Assembly (NCBI GenBank): GCA_003344405.1
Contig: NOWV01000169.1
Coordinates: 124,001 to 170,449, forward strand
DNA length: 46,449 nt
Direction of reading: 5' to 3'
Source of the DNA: Trichoplax sp. H2
Taxonomy: Eukaryota
Shown here in pieces: positions 12,710-24,423 of this stretch; position 1 is the stretch's first letter, and every line of letters starts with the position of its first letter. Position numbers and translations under genes: made by a program. The notes under the pieces are model-generated. The model saw only the letters and a list, made by a program, of their open reading frames with translations. It was not told the origin of the DNA and did no database searches.

Positions 12710-15371
12710 ATGGCGCCCCTTGCTTTCAATCGAGGGTATAAATTTCTACGATTGATTCAATACAAATTTATCATTTATTATTTCATCACAATCTTTACTT
12801 TGCAACTAGAGTGTGTAAAATCTAATAAACTTCTAGCTAAGGAAGATTCATTTCATTATACTACGAATGGTTTAACCGAAATTTCTGTTAATGACACCAT
12901 TGTTGATGTTACTCATCCTTTGAAAGAGGATCGAATTAGGCGTTCACATAACCAACTCCTAAATTCGACGACGATTCTATCTATTTTACCTTTAACAGCT
13001 ACCGCCAAGTTTAAAGATAACGGCGCTTTAAGTTTTCCAGCTTACACAAAGATACATTGCCGTATAGTTGGTAGGCAAATAACGCCGACAACTCAAGTTG
13101 GGTTTTCTGTAACACATGGAGAAAGCGGACATTCATGCGATGTTGTGGGTAGTATTGCCCCCTCCGATGTTATTGTAGATGACTTGACTAAAAACATATC
13201 TGGAAACTTTTCCTTCTCAACTGATAAAATTGGCATTACTTTTTATCTTTGCACGCGTCAATCTAGAAATGACACTTGGGTACACCAAGGACGAGAACCC
13301 TGGCTGACTATAGAAGCTTTTGGCATTCCCTTACCGTTGTTTGTGAAGATATTATTTCTGATTGCCTTGCTTTTACTATCAGGATTATTTAGCGGACTTA
13401 ATTTAGGACTAATGGCCCTAGATCCGACAGAATTACAAGTAGTCATTACGGCTGGCAACGAAACTGAACAGAAATATGCGAAAGTAATCGAACCTATTCG
13501 ACGACATGGAAATTATCTCCTGTGTACCATCTTACTGGGCAACGTCTTAGTAAATAATACATTAACTATTTTATTAGATGATATCACGTCAGGGATAGTA
13601 GCTGTCATTGGTGCAACAATTTCTATTGTCATACTTGGAGAGATTATACCACAATCTATCTGTTCCAGATATGGTTTAGCAATTGGCGCTAGGACTATCT
13701 GGTTGACTAAATTATTCATGGTTGTTACGGCTCCATTATCTTACCCATTAAGTATGATCCTTGACTGGATTCTTGGAGCTGAAATTGGTCGTATTTACAC
13801 TCGAGAAAAATTATTAAAGTTTCTTGAGATAACCAAGAAACATAATGACATTGAAAACGATGAAATGCAAATGATATCAGGTGTACTTAATTTTAAGAAG
13901 AAAACTGTAGTAGACGTCATGACTAAATACGAAGACGTTTTTATGCTCGAAATCGACTCTATTTTAGACTTCGATACAATCGACAGAATCTACCAAAGTG
14001 GTCACAGTCGAATCCCAGTCTATGAAGGAGATTGTTGTAGCGTGGTCTCAATTTTACACGTGAAAGATTTGGCTTTTGTTGATCCGGATGATAGATCACC
14101 TTTGCGAGCTATCGTCGAATGTCACAACCGTCCCGTAAATTGGGTGTACGATGATACGTCATTAGATAGAATGTTAGATTATTTTAAGAAAGGTATTTCT
14201 CACATGGTACTGATTAAGGTGGTTCGACAAGTTGACGATCGTGATCCAGTATATGATATACTTGGAGTTGTTACTCTGGAAGACGTGATTGAAGAACTGA
14301 TACAAAGCGAAATCGTTGATGAGACCGACGTTTACAGTATGTTGATACTATTTTCAATTATATTTATTACTGTTAATAAAATACAAATTATTTTTTGAAC
14401 TTAGAATATTAACACTTTCTTTAGTAACACTATATACTTTTCATTTACTCATTTCGATTTCGTTCAACCCTACATGTAGCTATGTTAAGATAATTAATTA
14501 AATCAGGGTATTGTTTTTAAAATATAGTCGACAACAGGTCTCGGAAGCCAGTCCCAAATCGAAAGAATATTATTGATTTGTCGATGTATCGCGATGCTGA
14601 TTCAGTTTCGTTATCGCCTCAACAAACCTTAGCCGTGTTTCGTTACCTTTCTTCAGGTATGTGATGATGACTGATTTAATTGGTGACGAAATTAGTTATC
14701 TTTAATTAAATACGATTGCTGCTTATATTGCAAACTGTTGTAAATATCAAATATCTTAATCTATTACTTCATGGCGGTAAAATTCTTCATTAGTTGTAGA
14801 TCCATTTTTTGAAGAGTTTATATCAGAAACGATCCTTAAACGTCTGCTAAAGAAAGAGGTTGTCTTCGACCTTCATGTTGCAGGTGCAACCGTTAGCAAA
14901 AAAACTTTGTACGAAAGCGGTATACCGGCTGATTACTTCATTATGATTGTGGAAGGAAAGGTATCTGTTATCGTTGGCGCAGAGAATCTCGGATTTGAAA
15001 GTGGGTCATTTTCGTATTTCGGTGCTCCATGCTTAATTAAGAAAATGCCAGATAGTACGAATAAAATCAGCAGCATAAATTTGTGCGACCAGGAGCTAAA
15101 AAATCCGACTAATTGCTCAAATTCTTCCACTTTTATACCGGATTATTCAGTATATGCCATCACAGACTTACTCTATATCAAGGTAACTGCTACTCAATAT
15201 ATTGCTGCTAGGCAAGCTACGGAATACGAAAGAACTAGGTCCTCATTTCGTAGTAATGATAAAAGTAACTTGCACAACATGAAGGAATCTTCCAAGAACT
15301 TACCTGAAGACTGCCTAGCTATTAGTATCTCTGCTAGCAACTTAAGAAAATCGAATGAAAGCTTAGTATGA
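12710..15371 (+). CDS. CNNM: CNNM/ACDP metal (Mg2+) transporter, exons 12710-14336, 14528-14656, 14794-15371
   Basis: N-terminal hydrophobic segment and extracellular domain, DUF21 TM domain (LSGLFSGLNLGLMALDPTEL; ILGEIIPQSICSRYGL), CBS pair (SGHSRIPVYEG; GVVTLEDVIEELIQSEIVDETDVY|IDNR), and CNBH-like domain (DYFIMIVEGKVSV...FESGSFSYFG). Confidence 0.96.
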
Positions 15372-18300
15372 AACCCTTATTTGTAAAAATAATTTTACTG
15401 GTATCACTACGTTTATACACGTATCGCAGCATCACAAGACTTGATATTAACTTATTCACTTTATTCGAAGATTGCTTAAAGTTTCATACTGATGTGAACA
15501 TCGAGGTTGAAAAATTTTATGTATATTTCTTAATGATCATTTTATTAGCTGGTTAGTGATACCTACCCTTTTCTGGATGCATAAGTTGTCAAGAACAGGG
15601 ATGGCCATAGCTGTAGACCATATATGTTGAGTTATCTACTGTATAATATCATGATCTGACATTTATATTGTATGATGAGCGTGTAGTATTGGAATACACA
15701 GTAATGGAAATGATATTGTTAAGCTAAGATTCTTGGGATAATTCAATCATGATTTCTTTGGTCTTATTGATTCTATTTTAATGAAGGATGATTTTTGTTT
15801 GATAATATGCTGCTTTATTTTTAGGGTGACTGTATCTACTATATATACGTTGAAGTTTTTCATCATGAATATAAATAACTCTTATAGAATAAATCTAGTT
15901 CTATTCACTGTTTATCATCCATTCGACACTGCTAGAAGTGACATGTTTAGACTAAAAGAAGCCAGTAACGAGACTAGCAGCTAGCAGAGAGTAGTCCTTG
16001 GCTAAAATATATATGGATATTACAATATATATGCAATCTACAATTTTATAATATGAATTTTTTATACGTACAATAAACAAATTATGCTGATGGCTTATAC
16101 TCGCATAAGGAGTATAGATGTTATGTATCTATATTATTTTACACGTTAGTTACTCCGCGAGTAGCTCGTAGATTAAACCTTTTTATTACGCAACACGTGC
16201 TTTTATACTTCCACTATATGCCATCATGATATGCGACCTTCGCTAGCTACATTTAGGGCTATGATCTACAGTATAAAATGTAAGACCTCCCTCATTTTGT
16301 TCTAGTAGTCCGCATGAGTCAATCTATGGCTTATTTTTGTTTAAGTAGCCCGCAATCTAAATCAATCATGCTTCAATGTTACTGTTCAGTACTGTAACGA
16401 AGTGTACAGAAGCTCTCGTCTCTTCCTTTCAGTAATACCTAGTTATATACTGCGCAGTACAGGAGCTGAGCAGGAAAGAAAGTTTTACTTTTTGTAAGCT
16501 ACAGTATACACTACAATACTGCACTGTATGTACTAAAAAATTTTTTTTCCCTTCTATTTTTTAAATCATCGAAATGATTTCACTATTTTTTTACTGAAAA
16601 CTGTAAAGTTGTCCCTTTTGGGCCAACGTAGACTACTGTATGATCCATACCACAACAGTACACGGGAGTACAGCACTGTATACAGTATCTGGATTTTATA
16701 TTTCATGGAGTCGAGTATCCTTAGAAATTAAAATACTGCTATCCTCTTATACTGCACAGTATTCTAGACCATATACGATACAGTGCTGTAGGATACAGAA
16801 ATCAGTTTGCTTAATGATTTATAATTATACTGTATATATAATTATTAAAGAGAGAAAAGTACGCACTACGCCGCGCTTCTGCATATTTGCACATTCACGT
16901 TAGTACAGTTTCATTTATTATATACGATACGAAAATCGTAAGAATTTACAGTGTTGTAAACGGTAATGCTGTACTGTGTCTTTTTAATTAACTTAAAGAC
17001 TTCAAGAAATCAAGATTGAAATTTAATTTAATTTATTTATTTCTGAAGTTACAAGTTATACTGATCGGAATACTGTACTGTACTCTATTAAATAATGTAG
17101 TACGCGTACTTACAGTATCATAATTATAATGAGATAGATTTGTGTGCATATAATGTGCTCAGTCATCAACAGCATCTTATCGTATTCTCTGCGAAGTGTA
17201 GCAAGCTTACTAGTTATATACTTACCTAAATTTATCTTTACAACTAGTGTACGTGGATAAATACGCCCGCTGAAGATGTCTAGTACCCCCATCGCTCGTA
17301 ATACTCGCGTACCTTACTTACATTTTTACTAATATGTATATGTTAACATATACATACTCGCATAGTCTTTACTTGTCCAATTTTACTTTATGTATTAGCA
17401 TGTCACAGGTTACAGTGTTCGTATAGTGTACACTTGCTTCTCGAAATTTAGAGCATTGTGATTAGTATAGCTTTAAATACATTTAATTCAATTTTAATAG
17501 CGTTGCTTTCGTATAGTCTTGACAAGCAGACAGTAAATTCCTTGAGTTAATTATACGATTGTTGTATATATATAATGATACTGTAGTAGCTTACGCGTGC
17601 AATAATAATAACGACGTTGTGTGTGCAGTTCTTTCTCTTTTAGTACGGTCGGTATTCCTAGCGGTCGCAGGCGCATATAATCACAATTTCTGATTAACTA
17701 AATTATAGCCTGTTGCAGAGCATTTACGGCTACAATCTGTAAATATCGTGTAAACTAAAACTTAGCTCTGTATTCTGGTTATCTTGTAGATATGTTATGC
17801 ACAATAACTGATGGCACATATCAGATAAGATACTGTGCAGTATTATTAGCTTTTCTGCGTATAACTTTATACATACACTTTCTATGCCAAGGTGCGTAAC
17901 AGGGTCGGGTGTAGTGGGATAGATATAGATTATGATGACTTATTTTTACAATAGTACAGTAGGTAACAGATATATAATTGTATATTGATTAGTTTAAGTT
18001 CCTATGGTACAGTATTAGTGTAATGCTGCTTTTTGAGTATATTAGACTCTCTATTAGGTTAATGAATACTGCGATGTAAAGCAATTACGAATTTCAAGTG
18101 AGTAATAAATAGATTTAGTAAAAAACCTATGAAAGCCTAGAAACTTCGATCTCTTAAAATCTCTTCGTAATAGCAATTAGAGTTGCGAACAGTAGACCAA
18201 TTTAAAAATCATCAAAAATCTTCATAATTCGAAATCCACACAATTACTCTAATTCAAGACATAAACTTATGGCATATTAATTTCACGAGATTATTCTTTT

Positions 18301-18681
18301 CCATTTGAGAACTAAATGTAATGAAGTAATCATCAATTACGTTTTATTGATTAGTGAAAGGTGAGCTTATAATCATTCAGTAACAATTTTTATAGATAAC
18401 AGTAAAGTAAAACATAAAATAATAAAATTCACATTACGTAAGCCTGTAATCACATTTCATTGTAAATCGCGCACTATAAAGCTTTATTGTGTCATCTGAA
18501 ATAACCATAGCATCCAAGATGTAAAGTAACTATAAAAACTCGACATACTGAACACAATTAGAATCAAACGATGTATCACGAATACTTGATGTTGATATTA
18601 AGCTAATTAATTGTTTAATATTACGCCACCATTGATCAAATACCGCGATTTACTAATTTATATTGTAAGCTACTTACGTAA

Positions 18682-19635
18682 TCATGCATTATATCGATCA
18701 AAGTAAATATGACCTTGATCGTGATTATCATATTGGTGATTGTAGCTATAATACTTAGTTATTGTAGCGGTATGATGTATATTGTACATTACCGTAGTCG
18801 GTTCTGGAATATATCTTGTGATAGTCCGATAGATGGTATGGTAACTGACTAGTGACCTACTTTTATACGTTTGTTTGGCATTTATACTAATGTGCTCCTT
18901 ATCAACAGAAGGACGAATATTTAACGGTAAATATTTCTTGAGATCTTTAAAGTAAAATTTGTTATATTGGATACTCGGTACCGGTGCTTTATGGATTGAA
19001 TTACGATATTTTTCTCCTTGATAGCTTTTACGATATGGTAAAGTTGTATAATCTTTCGGAATAATTTTCTTAATCATATTCCCTAAAAACAGGCGTAATG
19101 GATACTATCAGCTTATCCTATATTAAATCTTCTTACATAAATGAAAAATACTATTGCAGAGTGTAATAATAACTCGTGTAGATGGACAAGGATTATAGAG
19201 ATAAAGAAACGATCTTTATAAAAGAAACAGATATACCCAACTGGCAAAGATCAGCTTTAACATGGAGCTAACGTACAGTAGAGACGCAACGACTGCGTCA
19301 GTTACATCTAACAGCAAGATATACAGCAACATATATAGTGCAGTACAGTAAGCGTACAATCGTGTGATATATCGTGGTACGTTACTGAGTTAGATAAAGA
19401 GTCATTAAACGAGCATGTATGAATAGACATACAGTGGGTCGTACGACACAGAGTAATGCAGCAAATTGGAAAATCTTAAACGTTTAATATCAGCACTTAT
19501 AAGTAACTTCTTCAGTGACTTCTTCGTACCATTTCCTTTCTCACTAATGGGATAAGAAGAAATAGAGCCTAAGGAAGGTTCAATAATGGCTATCAGTATT
19601 TTAAGTCCAAGTAAAAATAAGGTGATGTGTTTCAT
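18682..19635 (-). CDS. Uncharacterised predicted secreted Tyr/Lys/His-rich protein (gene C), exons 19635-19530 and 19082-18682, 168 aa
   Basis: Exon 1 encodes a signal-peptide-like MKHITLFLLGLKILIAIIEPSLG. The phase-1 donor G|gtacga joins acceptor tttttag|GG in frame with the 131-aa ORF. TATA lies upstream and AATAAA downstream (18488-18483). The C-terminus resembles that of gene A. Confidence 0.72.
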
Positions 19636-19670
19636 TCTGATGTTGAAAGGAAATATGATTTATACAACAG

Positions 19671-19678
19671 TATTTATA
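19671..19678 (-). promoter_or_regulatory. Candidate TATA box of gene C
   Basis: TATAAATA on the minus strand, 36 bp upstream of the ATG, identical to the gene A TATA. The AT-rich background lowers specificity. Confidence 0.45.
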
Positions 19679-20743
19679 TTCTCATCGATAAGTTCACTAC
19701 TTGTTACACTTACGCAAAAGGTAATAACGACAATAACTAGGGGTAAATAACATCGCAAAGGCAGAATATTCGTATAGAATCCGAATCAGACAAAGCAAAT
19801 GGAGTTGTTTGGTATGGATCCAGTATGAATATTAGACCTTTAAAAGGTACAGACCATACAGTACTCCTACTTACTAAGCATAGAGGAGTATCTCTATTTA
19901 ATTTTTAATTATCAGTCCCAATGTGCAAAATTTACTAATTGCATATCACAACACTTTTAGAATAACAAGTAAACAATCTTTTCTCACACTAAATCACTAT
20001 TTTGTTGCCCGAGAGATGAGGGCATGCCGTGAATTAGGATCCTGTTGATCATCTATCTGGTTTGGCATTGGTCTACATCATGAACAATATTTACGATTAA
20101 AAATATATTTATTAATGATTTGACAGACAGATGCTAATTGTGTTAGTACCGATTATCGAACTTACTTATATCGTCTTAGCGGAGATAATCTATTTAACAC
20201 GGAAACAGTGTTATTTTTCTCATATAGTATTTGTTCACATATCATCTTTAAATCTGTTGGAAAGATAACGGGGCGAGTTGGTCTAATTGCAGTGTATCGG
20301 CATCGAGTATAAAATTGCTTAACATTGTCAGAAGTCTGATCGATCATTCGGACATAATGTGCAAGTTCAGCTAGTCTCTGATAAGCAAATTTTTAGTTAC
20401 AGTTTACAAATTATAACAGTTTCACATGACATGCATGCTGTACGACTCGGTCCAATGCTATTAGGGCAGGCACAAATACGCGCATAGTATAATTAGTAAA
20501 AAATTGATTAGGCTAGATACGAGAACTAGTTCAATTGGTCTTGATTTATTTTAGCAGCGCAATTTAAGCAATTAAGTGAGTTTTAGCAGACTGTAAATGT
20601 TCTAAATATCGGAAGTCGCTCTGTGAAGATTATATGATGCAGTACAAATATTATACTGTAACACCGTGTCATCAGCAAAATTCAACGGTAAATCAGACTC
20701 ACTAACCGTACAATGCAGTACTTCTATAATAAGTACTGCACCT

Positions 20744-21876
20744 GTACGATACTTTGATAGAGAAGAGAATACAGTACATCTCACAGAGTAAATTACAGTA
20801 TTAAAAGAGAGGCCAAAAATATGTCGACTGACTGTTTCTCTGGTCATTTTAACCAGGGACTGTAACAGTTTTACGTTAAGTCTTTATTCGAGGGCCTGTC
20901 TTGCTCCTTACTCTTATTACATATACGACCGTCGCAACTAGTCTCTTATCCAGTGAATATAATGTAATGTACTGTATATGTTGTACAGTATATCAAACGT
21001 TATCATAATGTACTATCTATCCCTAATACCTTAATACGGTATTCATATCTAAAGCGTAACAAGTCATAAGCATCACATCTAATACTATGAACCACACGAA
21101 TGTACAATGACGTACAGTATACCGTCACATCTCCTTCTTTATTTAAGTACTAGTTCATACAGTATAGTGCAATCATCGAGCTATGTTAAGCTACAATGAT
21201 GTATACCGTTACGGGGACTACTCGAAAGTAGTTGCTGTTTTAACTATACTGTACAAATTTGAGTGAGTGACCATACAGTATAAAATCGTATACTATTCTG
21301 TACCGTACAGTACTGTATACAGTAAGAAATTTTCTGATACGCGTACAACATGCTAATGATGGTTCTACACTCTACAGTCTCTACCAGTATTGTGCGTTTT
21401 TGGAAATGCAGTACGGTTAAACGAAAACTGAGTTTACTATTATTCCTACTCTGCACGTTTAAACGCAAACCGCGTTTTTAGATAGTCCAAAAGCCGTGTT
21501 TAAACGAAAACACGTTTTCTCTAGGGTAAAGAACGTGTCTTTTTTACCAATATGTCCTTACAATACACGGAGAGTATATCAACTCACTTCGGTTGAAATA
21601 AAACCCTCCTGACGTTTTTAACAAACGTGCGTTCCTCTTCGTGGTCTACCTCCTTTCATTAATTACTAGTGCAAACTCCCGTCGCTTTGCTGACGGTTTA
21701 CGATAATGTGCTCATTTAACAGATAGTATTACCATTTGTCGTACTATTACGTATAATTAATTAATGAATCCCATCTAACCCGTAACATTACGATGTACAG
21801 TATACAGTATACATGTATAAGAAGTGTATTCATCATGTAGTACGAGTAGGATAGTACTTTCATGCTTAACTAGATT
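20744..21876 (+). repeat. Copy 1 of a 1.1-kb near-identical duplicated block (copy 2 at 30081-31151)
   Basis: Collinear match from gtacgatactttgatagagaag to catgcttaactagatt, with scattered substitutions and indels. Confidence 0.95.
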
Positions 21877-22529
21877 AATAAGTTGCATGTAAACATATTA
21901 GTAAAGTACACTACTGTTACTCTTCATTTTTGTCGTTAACTTAAGGACTGAATGCATATTGTAAATTATATAAGTCTTTTACGCTATCATCTTATTTTCA
22001 TATATAGTATTAGTTATACTGTACCAATTCACTTTCATAAAGAAATAATGTATAAGTACACGTGCTCTGAGTAGCAACGAATGTCGAGAAAGATTCAATT
22101 TTTTCAATATTCTGCTGCGAGTATTTTGACTGATTTATATTTTAATTGCTCAAAAGTGCGATAAAAGTTATTAATCCTACCCTAGACGCCATGGTCTACT
22201 ATTTGATGGAATGACATTGACGCAGATTCTAATATCTAGCTAAGTATAATCGAATACAGTAATAACTTTAACTTTATGTTGAGTCAGAACACGGGTGACT
22301 GGTTATACCAAACTATTCATTACAAACAATAAAGGAGAAAAAATGTTAGGAATCGAACTTTATTTAGTTAAAATGATACTTATGAAAATATAGTGCGCTA
22401 CCTATTAGTACAATATTTTATAAATTGGAAAGGGTGATAATTATAGCCTTGACATGGACAATCCGTAATTCAAATGTATTTAAGTGGCTCGTAGTTTATC
22501 AAAAATTGCCAGTGTAAGCTGTGTTAACA

Positions 22530-24048
22530 CTAATTATATTGTTCGTAATAAATATTATCTGCAGTACGATAAATAATCGATGTGACTGTAGTTGGTTCGT
22601 AACGAGTCAAAGTGTAAACGCTTGTAAACGACCTTGTTTGAAAATCGGTTTCAGTTACTGTTTCACGGTTTGTTGCAATTGAACGAACCGTCGTTGAACG
22701 AATAACAGTTGGTGTCGATGTAGTGGTTGAGTATTCAGTTACGGTGTAAAAATTATTTTGTGGGTTATAGCCTTTCAACGTAAATGCTACAGTTTTAGTA
22801 GCTGTCTGTCTTACTATTGTTGGACTAAAAACTGTCCTATATTCTGTTGCGGTTCTGGTTGTTGTAATTAAACTTCTTAATGTAGACGATAACGTCATGA
22901 AACTACTCACGGTAGTAACTGACGTGGTGGTGGTAGTTGAGTAATCAGTATAATATTTTGTGATTGGTTGATATATGGTTATTAGATCCGTTACGTAAAA
23001 GTGTTCTTCATCTTGAAGAGTTTTAACTTTCTCATGTTTCTGTTTAAAGCTAGTTAAACCAGGAGTGCGCCCTGTATTGTACGTAAATACAACATATTAA
23101 TTACAACCAGATTGGTTATTGTTAAATATGGATTATATCATTATTTACAATGTAAAGAATATACGTATATGTATATTCAAGCTCCATTACTGGAGAAAGA
23201 ATATCGAAAATCAAAATTAGAGGCAAAGAATAATATGCTGGAAAATCATTGCCCAAATCTATAGATATACCGTCGGACGATTTTATTTCGGAGTTATTAT
23301 GCAAAGCTACTATTACAATTTACCATAGCACTAGATGATCTAATTATCAATTTCAATACCAATTAATCCAATGAAATCTTTAAATTTAAGATATTCTAAA
23401 TAAAGAATCCTAATGTATTGCAAAATACCAAGAATATAAACATTCTTGAAAATATTACTTGGTCAGTATGGTCGATAAAATATTTATGCAACTATTTGAA
23501 AGATTGTGTTCTAATAGGTATTTATTGAGCTAATCGCAAAAAGGAGCCATAAAAGATGAAGCGGGCTTGAACCAAAATTAAAGAACGAATTTTTAAACAA
23601 TATGAATTCATCCGAATTAGGGCAATACATGAGTTAGTAATTAATTCATAAACTTTCAAGATAACATACCTTTATTCTTACAGACCGATATGTCACAATA
23701 AGCCCAAGACTTTAAGTTAATATAGCACCATGGTCCTCCCATTTTGCGATCAGGATTTCTACAGTAGTTGTGATTGTAACTATATTTCGAGCTATCATGG
23801 CTGAAATGGTTATTCCAATAAATACACTTCTCTCCATGCTTGGTTATACTTGTCTTTCCTTGGTAATTATATCCATAGTCCGTGGGATCGAAGCAATCAC
23901 CTAAATTTTTATATTGATTCTTCTGATACCAATCAATGTTGCGTTCTTGTTTGAATAGTGGATGAATATGATATGAATTTGCTTCACATACGAAGATATA
24001 GTTATTGATACATAACAAATACGTAATTAACTCAAACGCTATCATCAT
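22530..24048 (-). CDS. Predicted secreted single-kringle + Thr-rich protein (gene A), exons 24048-23670 and 23071-22530, 306 aa
   Basis: Signal-like N-terminus, then a six-Cys kringle DCF...YQG..S.T..G..C..W...HNYCRNPD...PWCY....WAYCDISVC. Phase-1 splice AAAG|gtatgt...tacag|GG is in frame with the Thr-rich ORF. No TM segment. Confidence 0.85.
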
Positions 24049-24137
24049 ATCAGAAAGACAATTTATCTTCTATATTCACAAAAGGGGTTCGTATTTGATT
24101 AACAATCTCAATAAGCACCTTTGACTTCGGCGAAGCC

Positions 24138-24145
24138 TATTTATA
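24138..24145 (-). promoter_or_regulatory. Candidate TATA box of gene A
   Basis: TATAAATA on the minus strand, about 90 bp upstream of ATG 24048. Confidence 0.5.
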
Positions 24146-24349
24146 TCTTTCGCAGTGTTGAATAAGTAAATTTTATTTTGATATCTTCAGTTGTTATTAA
24201 AAACAACAGCAAATATGTTTACCGTAAATATGTTATTGCAAGAATAGTTTCGTTAACACCAACAAAGATATTAATCATAACTGACACTTTCGGACCCTAA
24301 TAAATAAGAAAGCTACTGCATCTTGCCGACACTTGGTTTTTCTTTATGG

Positions 24350-24356
24350 TATATAA
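24350..24356 (+). promoter_or_regulatory. Candidate TATA box of gene B
   Basis: TATATAA(GG) about 70 bp upstream of ATG 24424. Confidence 0.5.
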
Positions 24357-24423
24357 GGACCATTCAATGATAATTTGATTTGATTTTTTGGGGGATCGAA
24401 CTTCATCATTAACTCAATTAATC

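Noticed and set aside
21412-21520. CRISPR-like repeat-spacer pattern
   Set aside because: Only three degenerate units, eukaryotic context and no cas genes.
23559-23573. tRNA T-loop-like GGTTCAAGCCCGC on the minus strand
   Set aside because: No acceptor, D or anticodon arms can be built around it.
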